64,000 nucleotides of DNA, taken from Eledone cirrhosa. Taxonomy: Eukaryota. The translations under genes and the position numbers were made by a program. The notes beneath the pieces were generated by a model, which was not told where the DNA came from, did no database searches, and saw nothing but the letters and a program-made list of their open reading frames with translations. Location of the stretch: NCBI GenBank assembly GCA_964016885.1, contig OZ024743.1:261702001-261766000 (forward strand), given 5' to 3'. Shown piece after piece: positions 14,536 through 28,512 of this stretch (position 1 is the stretch's first letter; the number at the start of each line of letters is the position of its first letter).

Positions 14536-14898
14536 TAATAAAAGACATAAAAATAGGCTGTAGCTCAGTTCTGAAGTACTTAGTTGATAATTTAACTCTT
14601 TTCATATCAATGTACCTGAGATTGACTCTGGTTTCATGAAACAAAATAGTCTGCTTTAAAGTGTTCATATTTATATTAGAACCTCTCATCATTTTGTCAC
14701 ATGTTTTGTGCCCTTCTCAATGGCTATTCTTGCTCCTCTGTGTCAGAACAAGATAATACAAAAAGGAAGAAACACAGAGGAACAAGAAAAGTCATTGAGA
14801 AGGACATAGGATGTGGGACAAAAGAGCTTTGATAATTAACAATTAAACATCTATTAGGTTAGTAAACTAACCTTTCATCATGATTTTATGTAAAATCT

Positions 14899-15127
14899 TT
14901 AACCCTTTAACATTTAAACTGGTTATATCAGGTCAGAATTCTCTTACCTCTTTCTGTTCAAACCAGCCATAACTGGCCACTCATTTTGATGTTAAGGTAT
15001 TGCTTTCAAAATAAATATCAAAATCTCATATATTCGATATTATGTGAGATAAAGCCTTTACCATAAAGATATGATTGTATATATATATATATATATATAT
15101 AGAGTAATGTAAATGCTAAAGGGTTAA
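14899..15127. mobile_element. piggyBac-like MITE, ~200-bp family (copies ~18850-19074, 27641-27840, ~31320-31528)
   Basis: TTAA-CCCTTTA(a/g)CATTTA...TAAATGCTAAAGGG-TTAA termini; shared body ggtcagaattctct.acctcttt.ctgttcaaa. Confidence 0.8.
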
Positions 15128-15789
15128 TTAATGCTCCACATCAGTTTACTAATGAAAAAGTTTACTAAGTTACTCCAAATTAAAACCCCTCCAAATTTGA
15201 GATATTTTCAAAATTAATTGAAACATATTGGTAGTGTATTTCATTAGAAATATAACAAAAGGGTTAATATAATAAGACTGTAAATAAAAAAAAAAAAAGA
15301 AAATAGTATGCAATCCTGAAAAGTAGTACAATCTACTACATGTTGCCCAATCTCGCAGCCTTGTGTGGAAGTGATGCTCCAGCATGACCACAGTCCAATG
15401 ACTGAAAGTAGTAAACAAATAAAATTAATATTATTGAAGAAATTATAGTTTATTATTCTTCATACTAGTTTCCTACTTAGGAGTAAGACCACTAATTCAC
15501 AGAAGAGAAGGGTGAATGAGATGTGATGTATTGCTTCTTCTTTTTCCTTTTCTTCTTTATCCTATTTTTTCTTTTTCTTTTCTTTTTTTTTTCTTGAGAG
15601 GGTCATGGGGGAAGAGTCCTCAAACACTCCTTCCAGCAGGTCTTATCAGAAGCAACTGTTTCCAACTGATCCAGCTGGATCCCTTAAGCCAGACCAGCCA
15701 AGTTCATAAATGTTATCCAACCATTTTACTTAGGGTCTGATTTCTGAGCTAGGGTTTTAGACAAATATCAACACTTCAAAATAGTTTTA

Positions 15790-16150
15790 TAATAATAATA
15801 ATGATAATAATGAAAATTATTGTATACAGCGCTCAGGTGCACTACAACTCATCAAAGGTGCATATATAGTACATAGAATAATGTATAAATGTCAGGAAAG
15901 TGAACAGTGTATGAGTCATGATATACAGACAGACACAAACACACACATATGCATGCGTGTGTAATATCAGGTGTATTTATAATTTCGGAGAGCATGGAAG
16001 TTTTGAAGGATGCAGTGTCCTGATAGCTAATGACTGATACAGGTAGTTCCATGCTTCAGCAACTCTGATCATGAAAAAATGTTTCCGAAAGTCATGGGAA
16101 CTGTACTGTTTTTCCATTTTGTAAAGCATGTCCACAAGTGTTAGACACAT
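15790..16150 (-). mobile_element. 3' fragment of the same CR1-clade LINE family
   Basis: Reverse complement matches ~2755-3130 (ctcaggtgcactacaactcatcaaa, aaggatgcagtgtc, ttccgaaagtcatggga) and ends in a (TAA)n tail. Confidence 0.88.
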
Positions 16151-17997
16151 GTATTATAGAACTTCGGGAAGTTTGGTATTAAAAGGGTTAAACGATATAG
16201 TGTGAGGATAATTTGTTTTAATGATGAATTAATACTTTTCCACTTTCAACTTGGTGGTCATCTTAGAAACGTCTCTTTATTTTCTACATTTACAACTATA
16301 TTCAAATATTTCTAATTGCTAGCGTTTCTAAACTTTCTAACTATTTTGTTGTTTAGTAAACTTTTTCAAAAGTGTGTGTGTGTGTGATATATATATACAT
16401 ATATTCAGTATGTTTTTTTTTTAAATCCAGTTTCTCAGTTGGGAAGGTCACACTTATTAATGGCTCAAATCAAAGAAACATTATTGAGCTTTGCTGTATA
16501 CAGAGCCTGCATAGAGGCATGTAGGCCAACATATAATTATCTGTGAGGAGACAGTAGCAGTAGTAATACTAGTTGTTGTTGTTGTTGTTGTTGGTGGCAG
16601 TGGCAACGGTGGGGTTGGTGTTGGTAGTTTTGGTGGTGGTGGTGTTGCTTTGTTGTTGTAGTGGTAGTGGTAGTATGATTTTGAAACTATTCCAAAAGTG
16701 AAAGAATGAATGACAGAAGCAAGGAGAGAAAGAGAGAACAGAAGATGTAGAAAGAAAGAAAACTAAAAAGGAAAGAAGAAATAAAAGAATGATGAAAGAA
16801 AGATGGAAAAGAAAGATATTTTTTAAACATTCTGAAGTAACATTGTAAGTTGTAGGTAGAAACCAAATTACTGTTTAACCACAGGCTAGTTGTTATTGAG
16901 AAAACTTATGCTCTGAAGTGTTTCAATCTCAATCACCTCATTTTTTAAATTTATACATAGTATGTCTAGAACTACATTGTCCAGCATGGTCTTTCTTCTT
17001 TATAAGACAGTAAGGTTTGATTTGAGGGAGATTTGATTGCTCTTTTTAGCATGTTGTCTACCATGTAGAGGCTTTGTTGTTGACTTCAGTTGTAGTTTGT
17101 GGAATGAAGTTAAGATATAAAGTAGGAACATGAGATCTATAAGGTAGAGAGTAGATGAAACTGTGTTGAGCAGTGTTGTGGAGTGGTGGTTGGTGGCAGG
17201 GACTTGATGTTCATAAGGTAGAAAGTAGATGAGGCTGTTGTATAGTGTTTTTTGGGGAGAGGGGGGGGGGGGGGCATTTAAAAAAAAACTAAAGGCCATT
17301 TTATAGTGACTGTTTTTAATTATTTTCTTGGCAAAGTGTTTTTAGTTTTCACATCCCCAATGTCCCAATATTATGTTGTCCATTGTCACATTCAAACAGT
17401 CAAATCTGGACTGATACATAATCTATATCTAAGATATTATTTGCAGCTGTTTAGCAACTGGGGAGCTCTGACCATACCACTAATGCCCATACCATCTTAT
17501 AGTGTATCTAAGACAGTAATAGTGAACCTTTTTAGCCCAGTGTCTCAACATTTTAATTCCTTTAATTCTGTTATTGACATGTTATTGGTACACATGTGTT
17601 TTAGCTTTAGCTAAATGTTTCTGGAGAAGCTTTGACTCTTTCATTACCGTATCTCTAATGAAATAAATCACTTATACTTTACAATTAATTTTGTAAATAA
17701 TCAACAATTTGAATGGATTTAGTAAAATAACTAATCAATTTTATAAGTTGTAGTTTAGTACATAGCTTAATAGAAATATACTTCCATAACATTATTTTTG
17801 ATTTAAATATGAATATTTTAAAACAAGAGGTTTGTCATGATATAATTTAAGCAGTTTTGTGCAGGCTTAATAACATGGTATTGCAGGGAGATTTTTTTCA
17901 AAGACTGTTGTATGCCCCTGTTAACACATGTCATAGGTTTGTGGCCAAAGATGTGTGCTTTTTAACATGTCATGGGTTTGTGGTCAATGGTCTCGGA

Positions 17998-18258
17998 CAG
18001 AGGTTCTCAAAGTGGGCACTACCCCCTCCCCCCTGGTTGGGGGGTGGGCACTGAAAGGTCCAGGGAAGGGTATAATAGTATATTAATATCAAATGATATA
18101 TATATATAAATATAGTAAAATAAAAATATATATAATATTTATTTATATATTATTTAGTTTGCATGTAGGCAGCTTTCTCTGAAAATAGGAGTAGGTGATA
18201 TTGAGAGTAATACATGGCAGTGAAGGGGGCAGTGTTCTAAACAGTTTAAGAACCTCTG
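17998..18258. mobile_element. hAT (Charlie-like) MITE; partial second copy ~29535-29770
   Basis: TIR cagaggttctcaaa / tttaagaacctctg (13/14); 8-bp TSD gtctcgga / gtctagga. Confidence 0.85.
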
Positions 18259-19205
18259 GTCTAGGACCATATTACTCACTGTGTCCTTTTCTAAGATGGT
18301 AGTATGTAACTTGAGGGAGATTTTTACTGCTACCTCTAGTATGTTGAGTGTCTGCAAAGAAGCTCCTTCTGCTGGCTTGTCCAAGATATTGGATATTATT
18401 TAAGGTAAAAAAAAAGAATGACAAAGTAAACTTCTTAAAGAATCTTATAGATTGATGGGACCATTACTTAACTGTAATTGTCTGACGAGGATGAAAGATA
18501 AATCTCCTGGATATGGTATTGTACTATTAGAGATAACTTTCTCAAAATAGTCTATTGTTCTCTGCAATTAGACAAGTGATATAGTATAGAATTAGTTGTT
18601 CTTGCAAATAATGATTACCTTTCCTTAAAGGTGAACTCAATATTTTCCATGAATGTATATAATAAAAAAAAAAATAGTGTAAAATCATTTTGCTTGATGC
18701 CCCTTCCTCCCCTGTATTCTAACAGGAATTGAACTTGGAATGTAGAGGGACATCATTAAAACTTTTGAGCTACATAGTACCACAATTTGCTCTCTAGTAA
18801 TGATTTCAAAACTAGGCAACAATACTAAAGATTTGAAGAGTATAGTACATTACTATATATTTACATTACTATATATTTACTATTATATTTTTGCAGTAAA
18901 GGCTGTATCTTACATAATTATCACAAATAATATCGAATCTACGAGATTTTGATATTATTTATTTTGAGAACAATACCTTAACATCAGTATATGTGGCCAG
19001 TTACAGCCAGTTTGAACAGAAAGAGGTGAGAGAATTCTGGCTGGATACAGCTGGTTTAAATGCTAAAGGGTTAACCTCAGTTCTGGATTGGTAAATTATC
19101 TTATCAACCTCTGGAGGATTTTAACTCAATGTAAAGAGCCACAACAAATATTGCCATGCATTTGTCTGATGCACTGCCAATTCTGGCAATCTATAATAAT
19201 AATAA

Positions 19206-19653
19206 TCTAAACTATGATAAAGTAAGGAGTGCGGGACTGCGTCCAGAATATATTTTGTTATCCCGTTTGTAAAATAAGTTGTATTACTTTGAATAAATAA
19301 TGAATGAATATTACATAATTTATATACTAAATTTCGTTGTTCTTGATTAAATATAAATAATTTTGTTGCTTATTTTAAGATTCACTTAAAATTTTCAAAT
19401 GTCAACACTTCTGGTTAGCAATTGCTTAAATAATTATTCATATATTTCCGTCACTAATTTTCTCCTAATGCAGTTTATATATAATATCGTCTTTTTTTAA
19501 TGTATCATGGATCACGTTACTGATTACATAAGACAGTGTAACGCAGTCTTCGTTCAATTTCTGTGTATATTGTCAATTATGATTTTATTTGATGTATCAT
19601 ATCTACATGCATATATACTTGCGTATAATATCAAAGGGTGGTTTTTCTGCTAG
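19206..19653 (+). mobile_element. Non-autonomous Helitron-like element
   Basis: Starts A|TC, ends CTAG|T, no TSD; reverse-complement homologue at 58417-58899 has the same boundaries. Confidence 0.8.
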
Positions 19654-19754
19654 TAGTAATAATAATAATTGTTTCTATTTTTGACACAGGGCCAGCAATT
19701 ATCCCAATGCATTACTGGTACTTTATACCAGTAATGCACTGGGATATAATAATA

Positions 19755-19980
19755 AACTGGTTGCATGAACCGACAATGGAACGTTTATGTGATCACTGAA
19801 CCTGCTAGAAACAGCCAATGCTCTCTTAAATCATTACTTTGAACAAAGCAGAACATATTGAATAATGAAGTTCTAGATACACTATTGTCTGAATAAAACA
19901 CTGGCCAGTTACAAGTGGAATGCCTTCAGTCGCTTCAGTCTACTGGATCAGGTTAGCCTTTGAGGTTTAAACAAGAACAT
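19755..19980 (+). mobile_element. 3' part of a dispersed SINE-like family with a (CAA)n tail; minus-strand pieces near 4075-4180, 17000-17060, 18280-18350, 20565-20800, 20830-20945, 26200-26310, 29425-29530
   Basis: Recurring motifs ctgctagaaa(t/c)agc, gtgatttgagggagattt.gctgctatttctagcag and gatcagg...ggtttaaacaa. Confidence 0.6.
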
Positions 19981-21359
19981 AAACTCAATGAGCTGTATTT
20001 TCTTTCCATGTCTTTTGCTCGTTCTATTAATTTACCCCCCCCCCCCCCCTCCATTCTTCCCCCTCTCTTCCCCCACTTCCCCTCGCACACCCCTCTCTCC
20101 ACACGCACCCCTCTGTCCACATACACCTCTCTCCCCACCCCACCCCCTCTTATATGGAGTCGTTATATTTGTGTTTATAGAGGTCTTTGAGGCAGTGCTG
20201 TACATTTTTGGTTAGTATGCTGCACTGATGGGGAGGTGCCTTTCAAGTTGCATGCATTTTGAGGGCATCTTCATACTGAGGTCACTGATGACAACAACAC
20301 ATGGTGCTGTAGAAAAATAAAGACTAATAACTGTCTGCTGATGAAACAATGAATGGTTGCTGCTGATACTCTGGTCGCTACTACTGTTGCTGTTGTTGAT
20401 ATAGTGGTTGTTACCAGTAGTACTGATGCTGCTGTTGCTGCTGCACCTCCCACCTCTCACCTGCATCACAACCTTTCCTATTTTTGTACCTGCACTTCCA
20501 CAAGTATATTAGTAATGGTGGTGGGCTAGATTGTATGATGATGCTAGAGCTAGATTTGGGTGGTGGTTGTTGTTTAGTCCCAAGTCAGCCCTAATTGAAC
20601 TGAGCTGAGACTAGACAGTTTTTTCACGATCCTCCCTCTTCCATCTTTATTTCAGACAGTGTACCCCCCCCCCCCACACACACACACACTAACTTTTTAA
20701 AGAGAGGGTCCAAGTATGCCTTTACACTATATGTTTCCCGCTCTGTTCTTAGATTTTGTTGTGTGATTTGAAGTAGATTTAGCTGCTATTTCTAGCAGAT
20801 ACTGTTGTTGGTCATGATGGTGGTTATACTGTCATTTAACTTTAGGACAGTCCTGATTAAGCAGACCTTTGATCAAAGGTATTCCACTATGTCCTCTATT
20901 TTAAAACAGTAAGGTAGGATTTGACTGTTACTTCTAGCAGGTTAAAGACTCCCCCATTGGATTATACTGTTGTTGTTGTTTGTACTGCTGAGTCTCGGTA
21001 TGGTGGTGGTGATGGTGGCTGTTATCTTAAGTTGTATTTCTTTCCTTGTTCTTTTTCTTTATTCTTTTGGTATGGCTGCTATTGTTACTACTGGTACCAC
21101 TCATTCCCCTTTCCCACTCCCACTGGTTTCTGCTACTACTATTACCCCCCCCCCCCCCCACACACACTATTCCTACTACTATTAGCATTACTACTATTAG
21201 CATTGCTTGTTGGAAAACTAAGGCCAGGAGTCAAACCATAGTGTTAAGATTCAGATGTCAAGTGCTGTAAGCTTAACTTGCCACCTGCAAGTGCAAAGGA
21301 AGAATGGGAGAGGCTGGACAGGAAAATATTCCAGAAAAAAAAAAAAGAAAAAAAAAATT

Positions 21360-22222
21360 GATGTTGAAGTCCAGAAACTGAATGTGCTTATAGGGAGAGC
21401 ACTCTGGAACACAAGTTAGCTACATTTAGAAACATTGTTTACACAATCTGCAAAGTCGCCTATGGAGTAAGATAATCAAAAATGAAACATTGCCTCAGAA
21501 ATCCAGATGTCAGAGAGAGATGGATAACATCCCGAGGAAATAAAGGGCTCTCAAGAAATAGATGAAGGTTGTCTTGGTATTTGAGAACCAAGAGTTAGAA
21601 AAATTCTAGAGAGACCTCAAAGTAAGATAGTGTGCCCTCAGCAAAGCAGAAGCAAGATAATAAGCAGAAGGAAAACCCCTTACAAAATTGCTTTTTCAGA
21701 GACCCTTTCCAGTTCACTAGGAAACTGAACAACCAAAATCTGGGACACTGACAACAGATAAAAAAGCTCTTGGGTTGTATCTTAGTTACATATTCAGACC
21801 CAAAGAGTGAGACACCACTTGCAATCCAGGCTCTGGTGTGGCCTGCTCTGCCAGAACAATTGTTCGATGACAGGCCGCCAACATTAGGTGAATTAAGGAA
21901 AGTGGTTAAGAAAGCAAGGGCTAAATCATTACTGGGGCCAAATGAAATGCGCTATTTGTTGTATAAAAAATGTCCCAGAGTCTTTGAGTAACGCCACAAA
22001 ATGATAAAGTCAGTATGGAAGAACTTGAAGATCAGTGACCAATGGATGTGAGCTGAGGGTGTATAGATCCCCAAAGAGCAGAACTCAAGTGACATCAACC
22101 AGCTCAGACCAATATAACTTCTGAACGTTGAAGGTAAAATATTTTTCTCCGTTATGGCTGCATGGCTAACTAGGTACATCACAGAGAATAAGTACTTGAA
22201 TATGTCAGTTAAAAAAAAAGGT
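21360..22222 (+). mobile_element. Decayed HERO-clade (R2 group) LINE, N-terminal RT region
   Basis: FRDPFQF..KSGTL; PPTLGELRKVVKKARAKSLLGPN..YKKCP; W..AEGV.IPKEQNSSDINQLRPI.LLNVEGKIFFSVMAAWLTRYITENKY, with stops. Confidence 0.8.
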
Positions 22223-22409
22223 ATTTGCTGTCCTCAAGAAATTTGGTGAAAAGTGTTATGTCAACAAAGCATTCACTCATGTCTGATGTGTAAATCACAT
22301 GACAAAAACTGATTGCCTATGGGTTCCAGGTAACTCTTATTTCCTGTAGACAGAAACCGTTTGGAAGTCTGTCAGATGGACTGTACCTGTAATTTAAAGG
22401 GACAGCCCT

Positions 22410-22925
22410 ATACATCGACTTACTTGATGCCACCTCCAACAATGTCCATTTCTAAGAAAACGATACTACCCATCATCCTTCTCTAACCTTCTGTACTAAA
22501 GTACCAACTGCATGCAATCTAGACACTTCATAACAAACCTGCACCAACACTATGATGAGAGACTTCGAAAACATCCTCCAATGGTGTTGTGTCAATATCT
22601 CCTTCAGCAGCATGAAGATATAATCACTACACACCTCTCTTTATAAATATAAAAAGCACAGAACTGTCAAGGTCATTACAAATGTTAGGCCTCACTTTCA
22701 CAGATGCTATGTTCAGGATGTATAAACAGCAAGAAAACTCAAGTACTACATCACAAAGACTGACCTTCTTCCTCTACAGTCTCTGATCTGCTAGTTTTCT
22801 ACAAAGCTCAGGTTAGATGCACAATGGAGGACTATACCCATATTTAGGACAGTGCTGCTGCTACAGGCATCGTAGATCTCATCCAAAGAAAGACTGCTCA
22901 ACTGATTGAGGCCACTGACAGGAGA
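22410..22925 (+). mobile_element. Highly decayed CR1/Jockey-group LINE RT fragment
   Basis: LLVFYKAQVRCTMEDYTHI*DSAA near 22786-22860 resembles LYKAQVRP.MEYCSH.W; DFENILQW resembles the post-YADD helix. Confidence 0.55.
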
Positions 22926-23819
22926 TGAGTATAGTTGATTGAATTGACTGAATATATGACTGGTACTTACTTTATCAACCACTGCTTCAACTAGCAGGGA
23001 AGGGAGCGGTATTATTTATTTTACTTGGTAGGTCTCTGGAGGAAGGTTATTGTTCATAGCCTTCACTGACACACTGAGACTGGAGTGATTGATGCTATTA
23101 ATGCTTCAATTAAACTGCTGCAAGTGCACTCCTTTTGGCTAGACATGAGCAGGGAGTTCCAGAGAAAGGGCTGGGCATAGTGGTTAGTGTGGGACTGATA
23201 GGTGGGGGTATGTTTAGACACATGAGCTGGGCATAGTGGTTAGTGTGGGACTGGCAGGAGTCTGGAAGTTTAGACACACTATGGCTGATGAGAGGATGAG
23301 GAAGAGGACAAGAGATTAGCATGCCAGGAGTGACTGAGTGGAAGTTGCAAGCTCCTGGAAGTTGCAAGCTCCCTGAAGTAGAAACCATTACAGTAACAGT
23401 AGAAGGGCAGAGGAGGAGATGACACATGCACACACACATCACACACACACACACACATTTTTTTTTTTTTTTTTTACTGTACTTTCAATATCAATTATTA
23501 CAATATTATTAGAACTACCAACAATATTTCCAACTTAGAAAAACTCTGTTCTGTTTTTTAACACCATTAGTTAACACTGATTTGATAAATATAGTACTGG
23601 TTGTAATATGTCTGTTTGTTTCTTGTTGTTGCTACCACCACCACTACTACCAATGCCATTGCAATCATTATTGCAATCATTCTTACTACTATTAGCATCC
23701 ACTACCAACCACCACCATCATTCCTATCACAACCACCTCTACTAACAACACATCTAAATCTACCACCACTATTATCACCACTGCTACACCTACTACTACA
23801 CATAATACAAGGGTGTTCA

Positions 23820-23965
23820 CAGTTGATATCACAACATCACCAGATCTTTATATCATCTGCTGATATCACAATAATATCACCAGATGTTGATATTATCTGG
23901 TGATATCAGAACAATATCACCAGATCTTCATATAATCTGTTGATATCACAATATCATCTTGATAT
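23820..23965. repeat. ~40-bp minisatellite rich in GATATC/AGATCT palindromes (extra unit ~24226-24275)
   Basis: Unit tgatatcacaa..tatcaccagat(c/g)tt.atat.atctg repeated ~3.5 times. Confidence 0.8.
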
Positions 23966-24180
23966 GTGTGAGCAAGACATGGTCACCTGACCTGGCATTT
24001 CTCACAAAAGGACAACTCATCTAACTCGTGCTAGCACAGAAAAATGGACGTTGAGTGGTGATGATGATCAACATCTGGGGTAGAATTTTATATATCTTAT
24101 GTCATCACATTTCTTTCTTTATTTCACATGTCTGTCTATATCTCTGTGTCTCTTTCTATATATATGTGTGTGCATTATAG

Positions 24181-24221
<41 letters not shown>

Positions 24222-26924
24222 CATATGTTGATATCACAATATTACCAGATCTTGATATCATCTATTGATATATCATTTATATATATATATATATATATGG
24301 ATGCAGAAATGGCTGTGTGGTTCTGAAGTGATATTGTGAAGTGAACTTCTTTACCACATAGCTATGCCCCCCATCTCTCTCTCTCTCTTACTTTATTGAA
24401 TTAAATAACCAATATTTATATTGTGTCCTGTAGAAATGGTGTTATTTAGTACAAATGTATCAGTAAAGTTTTTGTTTCCAAAAGGTTAAGGGTCCAAATT
24501 TGTGTCCATGAAGTAAATGTTTGAACTGGTGGTATATTTTATGACATGGTAGTCTTACACTTTAACCCCGAGATCACAGTATTTCCACAATAGTATGGGA
24601 TTGCCAGTCAATATATGAAATGATCAGCTGTTTTATGTGATTTAGTTTACTGCTTGACATTTCTAATTTTTGGTGTGGGAATTGTGGAATAAAAGTTAAT
24701 TATTTCATGAAAAGCAACAATTCATAAGCTGGAAACTTGGGTTTCCATGGAGTTAAGCAGATTAGAAATGATTCTTCACCTTGACAGGAAATTGATCTAA
24801 CACAGATAACTATTTTAGGAAAGCTATCTGTTTTTACTTTATTCCTATATGAGCTGAAGAAATGTGGAATTGTAAAGTACTTGAACTCAGTCTTTACCTT
24901 GATATCATATTCACTTCTGCCAGGTTGACCACTATACCAATTCTTCCCCTTTTCCAATCAGATATTATAGATGATCTGTTCAATTTATTTACATTCAATA
25001 TGCAAACTGTTTTTTCTTGTTTTTAAACATAACTGGAAGAAATATTTTAGCCACATTTGATAAAAAAAAACATGTTAGCAAATGTAAACAAATGTTAGAC
25101 ATGCATGAACCAGTGAGGAAAAAGCTATGTTGTAAAGAAGCTCACTTTGTAATCACAAGGTTTTGGGTTCAGTCCTACTGCATGGCACCTTGGGCAAGTG
25201 TTTGTGTTGTGAGTGGAATTTGGTAAATAAAAATGACAGATTTGTTTGTGTGTGTGTGATAATGTAAGATACTCTGAAGGGTATCAACAATGTTACAGGA
25301 ACAACTTTAAAACCATTGTTTCTACAAAGAGCTATCTTTTTGGCTTTTCTTCCTTGCATTATATTTTGTTGTTCTTTTGCTTTACATAATCCTTGAAAAT
25401 TGTCCAGTGGTTCTTAACTTGAATTGTTCTATTCCCAACCACAGTACCTAAAAAAAAATTGATGTCTCCCTCAATATAAAAACATTACATTTGGTGTTAA
25501 CAAGATATAATATAAAATTACACCCATCCCCCGCCTTAAAGAGGAGGGGGGGAGGGCATGTATCCCATGCTCAGTCAATGTTTTAAATGTTCTTATTGTT
25601 GCTGTTTTTGTTTAATCTCAAGTCAACACCCTGATTACACAGACCTCCCCTCTAGCACTTGTCACTCCCCATGATATATCTATCATCCTTTTTACCTCCC
25701 CTCAAAAGACCCCCCCCCACAACCCCCCCCACCATTCCAACAGGGTAGAGAGGTCCTGCAGTCACATTCGTCAACCTTCCTAGTGTTAGTACCACAATAA
25801 AAGGCATTCTGTAAAGTGGTTGGTATTAAGAAGGGCTTCCATCCAGAGGAACCATGTAATAAAGGGTTGAGTGGACCTTCCAGTCATAACGCAACAATCT
25901 CTCTAGTGGTAATGCCACAAAAAATGCACCCAGTACATTCTGTAAAGTGGTTGGTGATAGGAAGAGCATCCAGCTCTAGAAACTAGGCGAAAAAATAGTC
26001 GAGAGGACTCTTTAGTTGTGTCAAGGGCACGATGACCTCTCTTGTGTTGGTGCCATGATAAAATGCACTGTGCACTTAGAACATATGTAGATAAGTTAGC
26101 CCTGGCTCATGTGAGAGACCAGTAGCCCTGATTAAGTACCGACTTAGTTTGTGATAACCTGTCTAACCCTTACTAGCAAGGAAAACATGTTAAATGATGA
26201 TGATCAAAGGTGTTCAAGTTATAACCATCCCAGTTAGAATACATGTCCTTTATTTTTTTAAGATACTAGGGTGTAATTTGCAGACATTTGGCTGTTATTT
26301 CTAGCAGGTTAAACAGCAATCTTACCAATATTCAAATTTGAAACCACGTGCATACAAATCTCTGACCCCCCCCCCCCCCCCCATCAAACACACACAGCCC
26401 CCTATACCTACCTACCTCTTTCTCAGACTTAGCACCAAAGCAATCATATGTTGCATATCATCATTATTTTATGTCAACTTGCTGACATTGGGTTGGGCGT
26501 GATTTTATGAGACAATATTTGACAGCTGGATGCTCTTCTTGACACTAAGCCTTTAAGTCACTTCTTACAACATGCAGGGATACAGTATACCTATTTTCAA
26601 TCAGATACACATGGTTACTTATGAATTTATAAAATTAACTTCATTTTTTCCTCAACACAGGTGTCCCCCACCTCATTCTTCTGCACTTACAATTTACTCT
26701 TGATACTAATAAAAGGTTCACCATCTCTGGTATAGAGTTCCTTATTTGTCTTGTTATGGATGTTTTGAAGCCTGGTTTAATACTTTGGTCTATGTTAGCA
26801 TCTGTGTCAGCATGTCTGTATTAGTGGGTTATGGTAAAAGTTGCTGAATAAATATTGGGGGTTTTCTACTTGTCAGCTAAAGATTAAATAGAAAGGAGAG
26901 ATTTGAAATAGATAAATACCCAAG

Positions 26925-27180
26925 TACTGCTGCCTGTAATGCCAAGGAGAGGAAGCTAGCTAAATACCTGGATTTGACTGACCATTTTCTTTTTGTGCTG
27001 ATTGTTGTTGAGACATTTGGTGTCTTCAGTCTCCAAACTTCTGTTTTTGTTTGCAAAACTGGAAGGAGTGCATCTTGTGTGAGAAAAGAGCCCTGTGAGG
27101 TGGAGTGGTTGATGCAGTTGGAGTTGCTGGCTGTTATCCGCAGCAATGCTTTTATCATTTTGTCCGCAAAGTGCAACTGA
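26925..27180 (+). mobile_element. Decayed CRE-clade LINE C-terminal endonuclease fragment
   Basis: STAACNAKERKLAKYLDLTDHFLFVLIVVETFGVF...KEPCEVEWLMQLELLAVIRSNAFIIL matches the CRE pattern K..KY..L....F.P..VET.G...RE..WL.QR.SLAV.RGNA..IL. Confidence 0.78.
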
Positions 27181-27562
27181 GATATATCACCTTTACTGGG
27201 GGGCAACTGAAATATTCCACCTTAACTTGGGAGGTGGGAGACAGCAATTGAGATATACCATCTTGCTTGACTGGGGTGTAGTCTGCTGCTCCCTCACCCC
27301 CTTTTCTTTACTTTTGCTATTTTATTTTTTTGTTTATCAACTTAAGTGTTCTGCTTGTTAGTTAGAGACTAAATAGAACCTGCGACCCCCCCCCCCCCAG
27401 AAATTACAACTAGATAGATAGTTTATTAACTAAACAACTGTACCATTTTCTTTGACCTAGTTCTGATAATTTCTCTGGAATTCTAATCAAACTAGGATTG
27501 GCACTAATTTTGCTAAGCAATTTGTATTTTCATGATCAGTGCTTTTATTAAAATACTTTTTA

Positions 27563-27997
27563 TTAACCCTTTAGTTATCAATCCGACCAAAACCAGCTCT
27601 GGATCTATGAAATAAAACACCCATTTTAAAATTATACTACTTAACCCTTTAGCATTTAAATCAGCTGTATCTGGTCAGAATTCTCTCACCTCTTTCTGTT
27701 CAAATCGGCCCTAACTATCTGCTAATACTTATATGAAGGTATTGTTCTCAAAATAAATAATATCAAAATCTCATAGATTCAATATTATGTGAGATAAATA
27801 CAATAGTAAATATAGAGTAATGTAATAGCTAAAGGGTTAAATTAAAATCTTCCAACATAATTTTATAAAAGAACCTTACATTACGTTACTATTTTAGTAA
27901 TAAAATAATTGATAATTTGAGTAAATCCCTCAAAATTCTTCATTAATTAATTAAAATAGAGTGTATTTCATTAGAAATGCATTCATGAACGGGTTAA
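27563..27997. mobile_element. Nested piggyBac-like MITEs (27641-27840 inside the larger family)
   Basis: Outer TTAACCCTTT...CGGGTTAA; inner TTAACCCTTTAGC...GCTAAAGGGTTAA inserted at an internal TTAA. Confidence 0.8.
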
Positions 27998-28512
27998 GTC
28001 TAAACAACAGAAGGCTTTAGGAGCATGTAGTAAGATTGAAATTTTATGAGGATGTTTTGTGTTTCTGCAGAGGCTATTAAAACATATATTACCTATAATA
28101 TAGTTGAATAAAACCCCTTTAGATGGGTAAAAGTTAATGTGTTGCAGTAGCCTTTGCGAAAATGCAAAACACTTTTAAATTTGAAATTTTACTACATGCT
28201 CCTTAATCCTTTCATCTTAACATTCTAACTGTAAGATACGGGCTTCAAATTATCAGAAAAGAAGTGGCAGGATTGTCCTTTGTGTAGTGGTAATATGGCG
28301 TTCTGGTATACAGCAGTGGCATGGTTCAATTCCTGTAGATGATTCTGTTCACTTTTTTGTCTCAAGAGAATATATCCCCAATTATAATTTACCATATATA
28401 CTTGTAGATAAGCCGAGAAATATGACGAAAGAAATTCCATGGTAAAATGTGTATGTGTATATTATATTTGATGTCAATATTTTGATGATTTTCACCAATT
28501 TCAAAATTCTAT

